A stretch of DNA of 64,000 nt from Candidatus Oxydemutatoraceae bacterium (GCA_965220085.1 CBDCOZ010000003.1:544001-608000), one strand, 5' to 3'. Shown: positions 30,539-40,774, numbered from the stretch's first letter. Translations and numbers: made by a program. Notes: generated by a model from the letters alone, not told the origin.

Positions 30539-31564
30539 ATGGATGAGAAAAAACTTATTTCGATTGCGGCGCGGATGGCGGCCGCAGGCAAAGGCATTCT
30601 GGCCATGGACGAAAGCCATCCCACATGCGACAAGCGTTTTGAAAAACTCGGCATAGAGGCGAGCGAGGAAAACCGCCGGGCGTACAGGACGATGTTGGTC
30701 ACAACGCCCGGTCTTGGCGAATACATATCGGGGGCGATTCTGTTTGACGAAACGATTCGCCAGCGCACCCTCGACGGTCGGATGTTTGCCGACTGCCTGG
30801 ACGAAGCGGGCATCATTCCCGGCATCAAGGTGGATGCGGGGGCCAAGGAGTTCGTCGGTTATGCCGGCGAAAAAGTGACCGAAGGGCTGGACGGTCTGAG
30901 CGCGCGGCTGCGCGAATATGCCGATCTCGGAGCGCGCTTTGCCAAGTGGCGCGCGGTGATTGCGATCGGCGATTCGCTGCCTTCCGAGGCCTGTGTCAAA
31001 GCGAACGCATACGCGCTGGCGCGTTATGCGCGGATATGTCAGGAGCGGGATATGGCGCCGATCGTCGAGCCCGAGGTGTTGATGGACGGGGCGCATACGA
31101 TTGAGCGATGTTACGAGGTGACCGAGTACGTGCATCAAACGGTATTTTCCGAGTTGCAAGCGTATGGCGTGTGCCTGAAAGGAATGGTGCTCAAGCCGAA
31201 CATGGTCGTATCCGGCAGCGAATGCGGCGAGCAGGCCGATGCCGAGACGATTGCCAAGATGACGTTGCGTTGCTTGCGCGCGACGGTGCCGCCGTCGGTG
31301 CCGGGGGTGGCGTTTTTATCGGGCGGGCAGAGCGATGCCGAGGCCGCTCAGAACCTTGACTTCATCAATCGTCTGACCCGCATTGAACCGGCGCCGTGGC
31401 GGCTGACCTTTTCCTACGGGCGGGCGTTGCAACAAGAAGCGATGAAGGCATGGGGAGGAGACAATCAACGTATCCCCGAGGCGCGCCAGGTCGTTCATAA
31501 GCGCGCGCGTCTGAACGCTCTGGCATCGGCCGGGGCGTACGACAGCCGGATGGAAGCGGAGTGA
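30539..31564 (+). CDS. Class I fructose-bisphosphate aldolase
   Basis: KGILAMDES, FAKWR, PIVEPEV, LKPNMV, FLSGGQS and TFSYGRALQ motifs. Confidence 0.95.
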   Translation: MDEKKLISIAARMAAAGKGILAMDESHPTCDKRFEKLGIEASEENRRAYRTMLVTTPGLGEYISGAILFDETIRQRTLDGRMFADCLDEAGIIPGIKVDAGAKEFVGYAGEKVTEGLDGLSARLREYADLGARFAKWRAVIAIGDSLPSEACVKANAYALARYARICQERDMAPIVEPEVLMDGAHTIERCYEVTEYVHQTVFSELQAYGVCLKGMVLKPNMVVSGSECGEQADAETIAKMTLRCLRATVPPSVPGVAFLSGGQSDAEAAQNLDFINRLTRIEPAPWRLTFSYGRALQQEAMKAWGGDNQRIPEARQVVHKRARLNALASAGAYDSRMEAE

Positions 31565-31571
31565 GATGCGC

Positions 31572-31596
31572 CGCCCGCCGGTTGCATAGGCGGGCG
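31572..31596. terminator. Hairpin between convergent fba and mgtE
   Basis: CGCCCGCC-N9-GGCGGGCG; no clear U tract. Confidence 0.35.
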
Positions 31597-31607
31597 TCTG
31601 TTCGGGA

Positions 31608-32945
31608 CTAGATCAGAAACAGCGTCGCCAGACCGAGGAAGGTAATGATTCCGATGATATCGGTCAGGGTAGTCAGCATGACGCCTCCGGCCAACGCCGG
31701 GTCTATGCTGAGCCTCTTTAACAAGACCGGAATGAGCACGCCGGCTGCCGCCGCGCACAGCAAGGTGGCGACCGTCGCGCTGGCTATGATCCACCCCATA
31801 TTAAAATCGCCAAACCAGATCACGGTGGCGGCGGCGATGATGATCGCCCAGAATATGCCGTTCAGCAATCCGATAGAGACTTCCCGTCCCAAGAGCAGCG
31901 GCGAATTGTCCTTGACAACCCGGCCGGTCGCAAGCCCGCGCACGATGATGGTCATGGTTTGATAGCCGGCGATGCCCCCCATGCTGGCTACGACCGGCAC
32001 CAGCACCGCCAAAGCGATGACTTCTTGCAGCGTGTCCTGAAACAGGCTGACAAACCACGCGGCGAGAAAAGCGGTGATGAGGTTGATTCCCAACCACAGC
32101 GTCCGTCTGTGCGCCGATGCAAAGATAGGCGCGAACAGATCCTCCTCTCCCGACATGCCGGCGAAACCGAACCGCTCCTTTTGCGCTTCGTCGCGGATGA
32201 CGTCCACGACATCGTCCACCGTGATGCGCCCGAGCAGGTGATTTTCTTCATCGACGACCGCGATTGAAACCAGATCGTGATCGGCGAATAATCGCGCCAC
32301 TTTGGATGCCGATTCGGCGGCGAGAACCGGGCGTATGTCTTTTCTCATGACCTCCATAACCCGCGTTTCGGGCGGCTCGGTAATCAGTTTGCGCAACGAC
32401 AACATGCCGATGTATCGGTTTTGGAAGTCCGCGACTATCAGCCGGTCCGTGTGCTCGGGAATTTTTTTGCGCATGCGCAGGTAATGCAAAACCATCTCAA
32501 GCGACACATGGCTTTGAATCGTCACCGTATCGGTGTTCATCAAGCCGCCGGCGGTTTCTTCGTCAAACGTCATGATCTGCTCAAGACGGGCGCGGTCTTG
32601 GCGCGCCATGCCCGCGAGCGCTTGTTCTCGGACCCGGTTGGGCAGGTCGTCGAGCAAGTCGGCGAGATCGTCCGCTTCAAGCCCCTCGGCAGCCAGCAGC
32701 AAGTCGTGATCGTTTGTCATCTCGATCAGATTGGCGCGGGTTTCTTCGTTGGTATGCACCAAGACTTCTCCCTCGATGCTCGGGTCCAGCAATTCCCACG
32801 CGATGCGTCGCTTGGGTATCGGCAGGGATTCCAGCAAGTTGGCGATCTCCGCCGGGTGCAACTCGGTCATATCCTTTTTGACTTGCGTCATCGTTCCGCT
32901 GCGCAGCAGTTCGGAGAGATGTTGGATGATATTTTCCCGTTCCAT
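31608..32945 (-). CDS. mgtE: Magnesium transporter MgtE
   Basis: HPAEIA, TAGGLM, GRITVDD, ASMGGIAG and IDPALAG motifs. Confidence 0.95.
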   Translation of the reverse strand: MERENIIQHLSELLRSGTMTQVKKDMTELHPAEIANLLESLPIPKRRIAWELLDPSIEGEVLVHTNEETRANLIEMTNDHDLLLAAEGLEADDLADLLDDLPNRVREQALAGMARQDRARLEQIMTFDEETAGGLMNTDTVTIQSHVSLEMVLHYLRMRKKIPEHTDRLIVADFQNRYIGMLSLRKLITEPPETRVMEVMRKDIRPVLAAESASKVARLFADHDLVSIAVVDEENHLLGRITVDDVVDVIRDEAQKERFGFAGMSGEEDLFAPIFASAHRRTLWLGINLITAFLAAWFVSLFQDTLQEVIALAVLVPVVASMGGIAGYQTMTIIVRGLATGRVVKDNSPLLLGREVSIGLLNGIFWAIIIAAATVIWFGDFNMGWIIASATVATLLCAAAAGVLIPVLLKRLSIDPALAGGVMLTTLTDIIGIITFLGLATLFLI

Positions 32946-33117
32946 GTGATTGCAGAGCTTATTCGCAGAATGCGCAATTCTACTCTGTTTTGATGCATAA
33001 ATCTTTGCTTTGTCAGACGGCGGCGGGCGCCGCAACGGCGGCGACAGTATCCGCAACAGGCCGGATCAACCCCGATAACGGCGGCCACATTGCCGGATCA
33101 TCCGTCCCGACAGGCGC

Positions 33118-34848
33118 TCAGAGAGACGACGACTTGCTGACAAATTTTCTTATCCGGTCGGGGTCAGCGGAGTTCAGCGCCCGCTTGTATTGCCGCTTCA
33201 GCGAGCGGACATTGCTGTTGATGATAATGTTCTTTATCTCCGGAAGGTCCTTCGGGTGCACGCTAAACTCCTTCAGTCCCATGCCGAGGAGCAGGCGGGT
33301 AAACCGGATATCGCTTGCCATTTCTCCGCACATAGCGACCGGTATATCAAGGCTTTTGCCGGCCTTGATTACCTGTTCTATCAGCCGCAGGATGCCCGGG
33401 TGCAACGGGTCGTACAGGTAACTGACTTCTTCGTCTATGCGATCAACCGCCAAGGCGTATTGAATCAAGTCGTTGGTTCCGAGCGATAAGAAATCCAGCC
33501 GACGTCCGATCTCCTCCGCCGCCAGCGCGGCGGCGGGCACTTCTATCATGCCGCCTATCATCATATTCGGATCAAAGCGCGTATTGCTTTGTGTCAGTTG
33601 CTCTTTAACCTGCCCGCACAGTCGCAGGATCTGTTCCAACTCGCCGGGGCTTGTCAGCATCGGGATCAGCATGCGCACTTTGCCGTAAGCCGAAGCGCGG
33701 AAAATGGCCCGCAGTTGCGCCAGAAAGGTTTGCGGGTTTTTCAGCGAACGGCGGATGGCGCGCAACCCCAACGCCGGGTTCGGCGCGAGCGGCCCGGCGT
33801 AGTCCGGGTCAAACTCTTTTTCCGCGCCGAGGTCCAGCGTGCGGATCGTGACCGGGTTATCGCCGGCGGCGCGAAGGACCTTCTTATAGGCCGCAAATTG
33901 CTCCTCTTCGGTCGCCGCCCGATTGCGGTCTATGTACAGAAATTCCGTTCTGTACAAGCCCACGCCGTCCGAACCGCAACGTTTCAAGGTGCGTATGTCT
34001 TCCCCTAGTTCGATGTTTGCCATCAGCACGATGCGCGCCCCGTCGCCGCTTTGCGCTTTTTTGTTCTTCAGCGAGGCCAACTTTTGGCGGTGACTTTTTT
34101 CCAGCCTCTTTTGTTCCCGGTACTTTGCCAGCATGGATTTGTCGCTGCCCGCAAGCACCAGCCCCCGCGCGCCATCCATGATGACGGCTTCGTTTTCGTT
34201 CAGCAATGCCCGCGCGCCGGGCGCCGCGACGATGCAAGGGATGCCAAAACTGCGCGCGAGAATGGCGGTGTGCGAGGTCGGGCCGCCGTACTCGGTGATG
34301 AAGCCGGCTATTTTCTGGCGTTCAAACATAATCATGTCGCCGGGCGTCAAATCATCGGTCACGATGATGTGGTTTTTGAGGTTCTTGCGCGGCTTGATGT
34401 CATAGTTTTCATCGTGCAAGAAACTCTGGATCAGATGGATGATGTGTTCTATGTCATTGCGCCTGGTCTTCAGGTAGCTGTCTTGCATCTCGTCAAACAC
34501 TTTTACCAGCGTGCCTTCCTGATGTTTCAACGCCCACTCGGCATTGCATTTCTCTTTTTCAATGATCTGCGTCACCGCCTGTCCCAGCATGAAGTCGTCT
34601 ATCATCAGCAAATGGGAATCGATAAAGGCCGCAATGTCTTCGGGCGCGTTTTGCGGGATGGAATTCTTGATTTTTTGCAGGTGCCGAATCGCCAGTTGAT
34701 GCGCTTTTTTGAACCGCGACACCTCGTGTTGGATGCGCTTGCGCGGGATGTCGCAGCGGATGATTTCCGGCTTGCCGCGTTCCAAGATGTAAACCGGGCC
34801 GATGCCGATGCCGCGCGATACGCCGATGCCGTGCAGCAGAAGCGCCAT
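33118..34848 (-). CDS. ptsI: PEP-protein phosphotransferase (PTS enzyme I)
   Basis: GGPTSHTAILAR, GLYRTEF, SLGTNDL and CGEMA motifs. Confidence 0.95.
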   Translation of the reverse strand: MALLLHGIGVSRGIGIGPVYILERGKPEIIRCDIPRKRIQHEVSRFKKAHQLAIRHLQKIKNSIPQNAPEDIAAFIDSHLLMIDDFMLGQAVTQIIEKEKCNAEWALKHQEGTLVKVFDEMQDSYLKTRRNDIEHIIHLIQSFLHDENYDIKPRKNLKNHIIVTDDLTPGDMIMFERQKIAGFITEYGGPTSHTAILARSFGIPCIVAAPGARALLNENEAVIMDGARGLVLAGSDKSMLAKYREQKRLEKSHRQKLASLKNKKAQSGDGARIVLMANIELGEDIRTLKRCGSDGVGLYRTEFLYIDRNRAATEEEQFAAYKKVLRAAGDNPVTIRTLDLGAEKEFDPDYAGPLAPNPALGLRAIRRSLKNPQTFLAQLRAIFRASAYGKVRMLIPMLTSPGELEQILRLCGQVKEQLTQSNTRFDPNMMIGGMIEVPAAALAAEEIGRRLDFLSLGTNDLIQYALAVDRIDEEVSYLYDPLHPGILRLIEQVIKAGKSLDIPVAMCGEMASDIRFTRLLLGMGLKEFSVHPKDLPEIKNIIINSNVRSLKRQYKRALNSADPDRIRKFVSKSSSL

Positions 34849-35117
34849 CAGCTGTCCTCCCCGAAGCGGTCTTCGACCAGCGCGACCAGGTTTTGCGTCG
34901 CCCGCTCTTCGTCTTCGCCGCAGACGCTGAGCAGCAGATCGGTTCCTTGCGGCGCGGCGAGCATCAGCACGCCCATGATGCTTTTGCCGTTGACCGTTTG
35001 CCCCTCTCTTGCGAGTCGCACTTCGCTCTCAAACTTGGAGGCGGTCGCGACAAACTTGGAAGCGGCGCGCGCGTGCAGCCCGAGTTTGTTGATAATCGTT
35101 ATGCTTTTTTCAATCAC
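34848..35117 (-). CDS. ptsH: HPr-family phosphocarrier
   Basis: GTG start; NKLGLHARAA and KSIMG motifs. Confidence 0.92.
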   Translation of the reverse strand: MIEKSITIINKLGLHARAASKFVATASKFESEVRLAREGQTVNGKSIMGVLMLAAPQGTDLLLSVCGEDEERATQNLVALVEDRFGEDS

Positions 35118-35503
35118 GGTTTGCAGTCCCTGATGCCGTCGCGAGCGCCGTCGGCAACCTTGGCGGTCAGATCGCCGAGGTTGTTGCCGCAGTAGTTGAG
35201 CGCGCGCAGCAACATCGGCAAGTTGAGCCCGCTGATGATATGGCGCCGGTCTTTTTGATACAGGCGGGTCGCAATATTGCCCGGAGTGGAGCCGTAGAGA
35301 TCGGTCAGGATCAATATCTCCGCGCCGCCGCCCAACTCCTCGCAGCGCTTTTTTGCCAGTCGGTATGTTTGTTCCGCATCGCATAAAAAAGAGACGGACA
35401 AGGCGCGCACCTCTGTCGGCAACGGGTCGATGATTTGCTTTGCCAGATCGATCAATACCTCGCCGAGGCTGTCGTGGGTAATCAGCAATATGGGGATACG
35501 CAT
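35114..35503 (-). CDS. PTS mannose/fructose-type EIIA
   Basis: LLITH, LTDLYGSTPGN and GLNLPML motifs. Confidence 0.9.
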   Translation of the reverse strand: MRIPILLITHDSLGEVLIDLAKQIIDPLPTEVRALSVSFLCDAEQTYRLAKKRCEELGGGAEILILTDLYGSTPGNIATRLYQKDRRHIISGLNLPMLLRALNYCGNNLGDLTAKVADGARDGIRDCKP

Positions 35504-35504
35504 C

Positions 35505-36452
35505 TTATTCCGCGCCCGCTATCAATTTTGCCTGACGCTCGGCAATCTCTTGTTCCGCGTAATAATGATTGCTTCTCAGAACATATGTTTTGACCGCCGC
35601 TTCTATCAAGACGGCGAGGTTGCGGCCGGCGGCCACCGGCAGCGCATACACCGGTATCGGCAGCCCCAATATGTTTTTCTCGCGGGTGTCGCTGCGCAGC
35701 CGGTCGCGGTTTGCTTCGCCGCTGTCGGGAGAATCCTTTAATTCAATGATCAGTTTCAGGTATTTGCTTTTTTTGATCGCATCATCGCCGTACATCTTGC
35801 GTATGTTGAGGATGCCAAGGCCGCGCACCTCAAGGAAATCTTCTATCGCCGGCGGCGAATATCCTTCCACGATGTCCGGCGCGATGCGCGCAAAAATGGG
35901 CGCGTCATCCGTAATCAGATGGTGGCCGTGACTGATCAACTCAAGGGCCAACTCGCTTTTGCCGACCCCGCTGTCGCCGGTCAGCAGCACGCCGATGTTG
36001 ATGACCTCCATGAATACGCCGTGCAACGTGGTTTTTTCGGCCAACTCCCGCGACAGGTAATGGTGCAACTTGCTCAGCAACTGCTCTCCTGTCTGCTCCG
36101 ACTTGAACAAGCCGATGCCGCGGCGGTCGGCGTATTCAAACATGCTTGCGGTGGGTTCGCGCCGGTTGGCGACGATCACCGCGCAACAACTCTTGTCAAA
36201 AAGCCTTTTCAGCGCGGCGTCCAGAACCTCCGCCGACAAAGACGAGAGAAATTCCATCTCATCTCCGTCTAACAGATGTACCTGATGGATATTGCCCGTG
36301 TTGAAATGGCCGACGATGCCGATGCGGGATTTGCTGTGGCTTTGGGCAAACTCTTTTGCGCCGCCGGATTTGCCGCCGACCCATTCGCTGGCGAGCGTTT
36401 TACGCGTTTCGTCATAAAACCGCTTGACGGTCAGAAGGTCAAAGTCTCTCAT
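35505..36452 (-). CDS. hprK: HPr kinase/phosphorylase
   Basis: GDSGVGKSELAL, EVRGLGI and GRNLAVLIE motifs. Confidence 0.95.
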   Translation of the reverse strand: MRDFDLLTVKRFYDETRKTLASEWVGGKSGGAKEFAQSHSKSRIGIVGHFNTGNIHQVHLLDGDEMEFLSSLSAEVLDAALKRLFDKSCCAVIVANRREPTASMFEYADRRGIGLFKSEQTGEQLLSKLHHYLSRELAEKTTLHGVFMEVINIGVLLTGDSGVGKSELALELISHGHHLITDDAPIFARIAPDIVEGYSPPAIEDFLEVRGLGILNIRKMYGDDAIKKSKYLKLIIELKDSPDSGEANRDRLRSDTREKNILGLPIPVYALPVAAGRNLAVLIEAAVKTYVLRSNHYYAEQEIAERQAKLIAGAE

Positions 36453-36900
36453 GGCTGCTTTTTATCAGACGCATGATGTCATCCCGGTCGGTCGCTTGCA
36501 ACAACTGGTTCACAAAGTCCGCATCGTTTAATTGACTCGCCAGACTGGCGAGCAAGTCAAGATGTTGTTGCGTCGCATCCTCGGGCACCGCCAATGCAAA
36601 AAATAATTTAACGGCAATCTCATCCGCGGCATTATATTCCACGCCGTTCTCAACCTTGAGCAGGGCGGCAAGCGGTTGCTTGATTTTTTTGATGCGACAG
36701 TGCGGAATGGCAATCGCCCCTCCGATGGCGGTGCTGCCGAGGTGCTCCCGCTCAATCAGGCCGTCAAAAACGGTTCTGGCGGAAAGGGTTTTATCGCGCT
36801 GCGCAAGCAACTCGGATAGGCGCTCAAGAACCTTCTTCCGGCTGTTCAACCGCCCGAGCAACTCGATCCGGTTGATTTCCAGATAGTCCGCAAAGCCCAT
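36439..36900 (-). CDS. ptsN: PTS EIIA-Ntr
   Basis: EREHLGSTAIGGAIAIPHCR; follows hpf. Confidence 0.9.
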   Translation of the reverse strand: MGFADYLEINRIELLGRLNSRKKVLERLSELLAQRDKTLSARTVFDGLIEREHLGSTAIGGAIAIPHCRIKKIKQPLAALLKVENGVEYNAADEIAVKLFFALAVPEDATQQHLDLLASLASQLNDADFVNQLLQATDRDDIMRLIKSSHERL

Positions 36901-36935
36901 TGTCGTTCGCCTTGTGCCGATAACCGCCGAGTGTT

Positions 36936-37223
36936 CTAGTGGCCGGTAATTTTTTCTTTGTGTTTGACCAGCTGATGGTCAAGTTTGTTCACCAACAAAT
37001 TTATGGTTTTGTACATATCCTCGGAATTCGCGGTGGCGGCTATGTTCTTGTGACGGATATGCACCGTCGCTTCGGCTATGTGGGTTATCTTTTCCACCTT
37101 TAGCACGATATGAATATCGACCATATTCTCAAAATGCTTTCGCAGGCGGGAAAACTTTTTATTGATATGGTCTTCGATGGTTTGGGTTATTTCAAGGTGT
37201 TGTCCCGAAATTTGAATGTTCAT
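36936..37223 (-). CDS. hpf: Ribosome hibernation promoting factor
   Basis: ISGQHLEIT and DMYKTI..KLDHQL.KHKEK motifs. Confidence 0.93.
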   Translation of the reverse strand: MNIQISGQHLEITQTIEDHINKKFSRLRKHFENMVDIHIVLKVEKITHIAEATVHIRHKNIAATANSEDMYKTINLLVNKLDHQLVKHKEKITGH

Positions 37224-37344
37224 TTCAGTTTGTTCTCCATATTGAGGTTGATACGGTCACGCTAAATTTAACGTCTTTCACAGGCCAATTATAGAGGATA
37301 TGCCGAGGGTACGGAGTATCGCGCCTTTGCGGGCGATATTCGGA

Positions 37345-38094
37345 TTACCAGTAGTTTTCGGTCGTGATATTGCCGGGGTCGCGGCGGCGGTTTTTGGCAA
37401 AGCCCCTTTGCTTCAGGACTTCGGTCGTATCGCGAACCATATCGGGGTTGCCGCAGATCATTGCCTGTGAGATTTTTGTATCCAGCGCCACGCCGGCTCG
37501 CGCTTCCAACTCCCCGCTTTCAATCGCCGCCGGCACTCTGCCCCGCAGCGCAAAGTCGGTATCCTCCCGGCTCACAAACGGAATCATGGAGAATTGTTCC
37601 GCGTGTTGCTCGGCAAAGTTTTTGATAGTGTCCCGATAACTCAGCTCGTTGGCATAGCGCACCGCGTGTGCCAGCGCGATATGCTTGAACCGCTTCCACG
37701 GCGCGGCGGTTTTGAGAATGGACAGGAAGGGTCCTATCGCGGTGCCGGTAGAGAGCATCCAGAGGTTTTCTCCGGCGGGCACTTCGTCCAGCGTGAAGAA
37801 GCCCGCCGCCGATGATGCGACCCACACCTGATCGCCCGCTTGCAGCCGATGCAGGCGCTGTGACAGCAACCCGCCGGGAACCAGTATGGAATAGAACTCG
37901 TGAAAACGTTCTTCGGGCCCGTTGACAAAAGAATACGGACGCGCGATTTGCTTGCCGTCTATGTCAAGCGCCAATCTCCCGAATTGGCCGGGGGTAAAGC
38001 CGTTTATCTTTGCATCCACTTTTAAGGAGTAGAGGTTTTCTGTCCAGTGCCTGTTTTCAATAACGGCGCCGGTGACAAATTTCTTTTCGCTCAT
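37345..38094 (-). CDS. fpr: Ferredoxin--NADP reductase
   Basis: RPYSFVN, STGTAIGPF, CGNPDMV and ENYW end. Confidence 0.93.
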   Translation of the reverse strand: MSEKKFVTGAVIENRHWTENLYSLKVDAKINGFTPGQFGRLALDIDGKQIARPYSFVNGPEERFHEFYSILVPGGLLSQRLHRLQAGDQVWVASSAAGFFTLDEVPAGENLWMLSTGTAIGPFLSILKTAAPWKRFKHIALAHAVRYANELSYRDTIKNFAEQHAEQFSMIPFVSREDTDFALRGRVPAAIESGELEARAGVALDTKISQAMICGNPDMVRDTTEVLKQRGFAKNRRRDPGNITTENYW

Positions 38095-38177
38095 GTTTTG
38101 TTCGCTTGCCGGGTAACGGGGCAATCAGTTTATAGCCAAACGAAAATAGTTTCCAGTATTGTCGCCGGCACCGAATC

Positions 38178-38350
38178 CGAATCATGCCGGAAACATTGCG
38201 AATTGCCGGTATCAAGCCGCCATATCAACCCGCCGGCAGCACAGGTTTCCATAGAAATAGCCGCTTCCGCCGCAAAAGAGGCGGCTATCGGCGATAAGGC
38301 CAAAATGCGAAGCCCTGCGCCGTATGTCCCATATTTCATGGCATCCTACA
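38178..38350 (+). mobile_element. MITE-like derivative of the IS481 element
   Basis: Starts CGAATCATGCCGGAAACATT, keeps about 130 bp resembling the 5' end of the transposase, and ends TGTCCCATATTTCATGGCATCCTACA like the right end at 2286. Confidence 0.7.
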
Positions 38351-38471
38351 GGCGCTTGCAAATAGCTTGCTTTATGGTATAGTGCGGCTTTTAATAGAAT
38401 TTCAGGCGGTTTGACTCGCAAGTGACTTGCGCTTTGTAGCAGACTACGGCATACGATGCTAGGAGTACCGA

Positions 38472-38674
38472 CATGAAACAGTCCGCAAACAGTTTGCGGA
38501 GAACAAACAATTTGAGGAACCACAAACAGTTTATGGAACACAAACAGCTTAAAGAATCACAAACAGTTTATGGAACACAAACAGCTTAAAGAATCACAAA
38601 CAATAATACCGTTTGTGCTCTCATCAAGAAGCCACAAACAACAAAGTTGTTTGTGCCTCTAAATATTGTTTGTG
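38472..38674. repeat. CACAAACA-unit repeat array, locus 2
   Basis: Palindrome CCGCAAAC-A-GTTTGCGG, a 37-bp exact tandem duplication (CACAAACAGTTTATGGAACACAAACAGCTTAAAGAAT), and CACAAACAAC-AAA-GTTGTTTGTG. Confidence 0.9.
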
Positions 38675-38706
38675 TACATAATGATTGCATTTACCAGAGG
38701 TAAACC

Positions 38707-40732
38707 ATGAGAAATAATAGCATGAACCGACAAACTTCCAATACCGCCCCCTCAAGCAGGCGGAAGCGGTTGTATTTGCAAGCATATAACGCGAAGCAAA
38801 AAGATGTTAATACTACCCCCCCCCCCCCCCCCCCCGCATAGGCGGACAACGCTCACCCGGTTTAGCCTCTGGACGCTGGTTCTGCCAGTCCTGTTTGCCG
38901 TCTGTGAGCCGGTGCAGGCGCAAAACGATGCTCCCCGTGCGCGACCGTCCAGCGTTGATGTGTCCATAGACGCCACCGCCGCATCCCCGTACCGCTTCCA
39001 GTTATCCGACTTCCGCTTCACCGACACGGATGGTGATGCCCTCACCGAGCTGAAGGTGCGGGCGCCCACAAATGGCACTCTGCGGTTGGGCTCCACCGTC
39101 GTCACCGGCACCACCGTGCCGACCGCAACCATTGTAGCCCCGGGCAGCATATCCAACCTCAGTTACTATCCGCCCACGGGCCAGGCACAGACGCGCAACT
39201 ACGACACATTCCGCTTCGCTGTCGACACCGGACACGCCGTCACCTCAGCAAACATCATGACCATCCACCTGTTCAACCCCACTCAGGAGGCCGCCACTGG
39301 TGCGCCCACCGTGTCCGCCGCCGCCGGTGCCACAGCCTGGAACGAGGATGTGACCGTCACCGCCAGCGCCAGCGGCATAACCGACCCCAATGGCATAAAC
39401 ACCGGCTCCCTCAGATGGAAATGGCAAGTGCGGGGGAGCATGGGCGCATACACCGACATCAGCGGCGCAACCGCCGCCACATTCACCCCCCGGCAGGCGG
39501 ATGTGGGAACATTCATCCGCGTCTGCGCCTCTTTCAGGGACCTGCATGCCACGCCGGCCGACGAGACGCGATGCAGCAGCGGCTTCATCATAGCCAATGT
39601 CAGCGATGCGCCGATGGGTGCGGACAGCGAAGTGGATGTGCCCGACACCGCCACCTCCAGCGCGCCGCACGACTTTGACATATCCGACTTTCCTTTCACC
39701 GACGAGGATGGCGACACCATCAACGGCATACGCCTGACCAGCCTGCCCACAAGAGGCGCTCTGGTGGTGGTGGGCGAGACCCTGACCCTGACCGCCAGCA
39801 GCCCGCTGAGCCTGGCCCAGCTCAACGCTCTGGCATACTATCCGGCCGCTGGCGACACCCCGCGGGATGAATACGCATCTTTCACCTATAGAATTGTGGA
39901 TACCAGCACAGGCTCTGCCAACATATCCGAGGATGAATACACCCTGACCATCAACACTTCCACCACCCGGCAGGTTGCCGCCACTGGTGCGCCCGGCATC
40001 ACCCCGGCCCCCGGCCCCACCCACGCCGAGGACACCCGGTTGACCGCCGACACCACCGGCATCACAGAACCCAACAGCATAGACCAGAGCACCCTTAAAT
40101 GGCAGTGGCAATCGCACCCGGCCCCGGCCAGCGGCACTCCGGCCCCCAGTGCCTACACGGACATAGCCGATGCCACCGCCGCCACATTCACCCCATTGCA
40201 GGCCCATGTGGGCATGTACATCCGCGTATGCGCCTCTTTCAGGGATAATCACGCAACCCCCGCCGACGAGGGCCCGCTGTGTTCCGCCGCCGCCCGGGTG
40301 CACAATGTCGACGATGCGCCGGTGGCCCGTAACAACAGAGTTGATGTGCTTTCGTCCGCGGACAGCTCCAACCCCCACCGGCTCAGCCTGGACGACTTCC
40401 TCTTCGCCGATGAGGACGACGACAGCCTTGTCGCAGTGATATTTGTCCATCCGAGAAGAGGATTCATCCTCATTGAGAATGCCGACGGAACATCAACGGT
40501 CGTTCAAGGAGAGGTAGCTGTGGCAGATATAGGTCGCATCTTATATTACCCAGACGTCTTCGACCAGGGGCGGCTTGTTGAGGCATATACCACCATCAGA
40601 TTCCAAGTCGTGACCGGCGATGGCACCGACAACATGACCAGCGCCAACACGGCCGCCGTCACCATAGATCTGGTAGACAACCTCAACCTGCGCTTGCGGC
40701 TGCGCCTCTTCCTGGAAGGCCCGTTGCGGTAA
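38707..40732 (+). CDS. Secreted cadherin-like/Ig-like adhesin 1, frameshifted at a poly-C tract; ends LRLRLRLFLEGPLR
   Basis: GAGG RBS and ATG 38707 give MRNNSMNRQTSNTAP (matches paralog N-termini), which stops at 38841. The body ORF 38804..40732 is in another frame. Signal peptide VQA/Q, three NDAP..DF.F.D.DGD modules and two ATGAP modules. Confidence 0.8.
38816..38835. repeat. Poly-C tract (C20)
   Basis: 20 consecutive C in the signal-peptide coding region. Confidence 0.95.
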
Positions 40733-40774
40733 TGGGAAACATACTTTATATACAAACCACACAGGAGTAATACG

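Noticed and set aside
38472-38674. CACAAACA arrays as CRISPR
   Set aside because: Units are 18-23 bp, flip orientation and have no unique ~30-bp spacers; no cas genes in the window.
38804-38806. ATG 38804 as the true start of adhesin 1
   Set aside because: No RBS, and the paralog-like N-terminus lies upstream in another frame. Not fully excluded.
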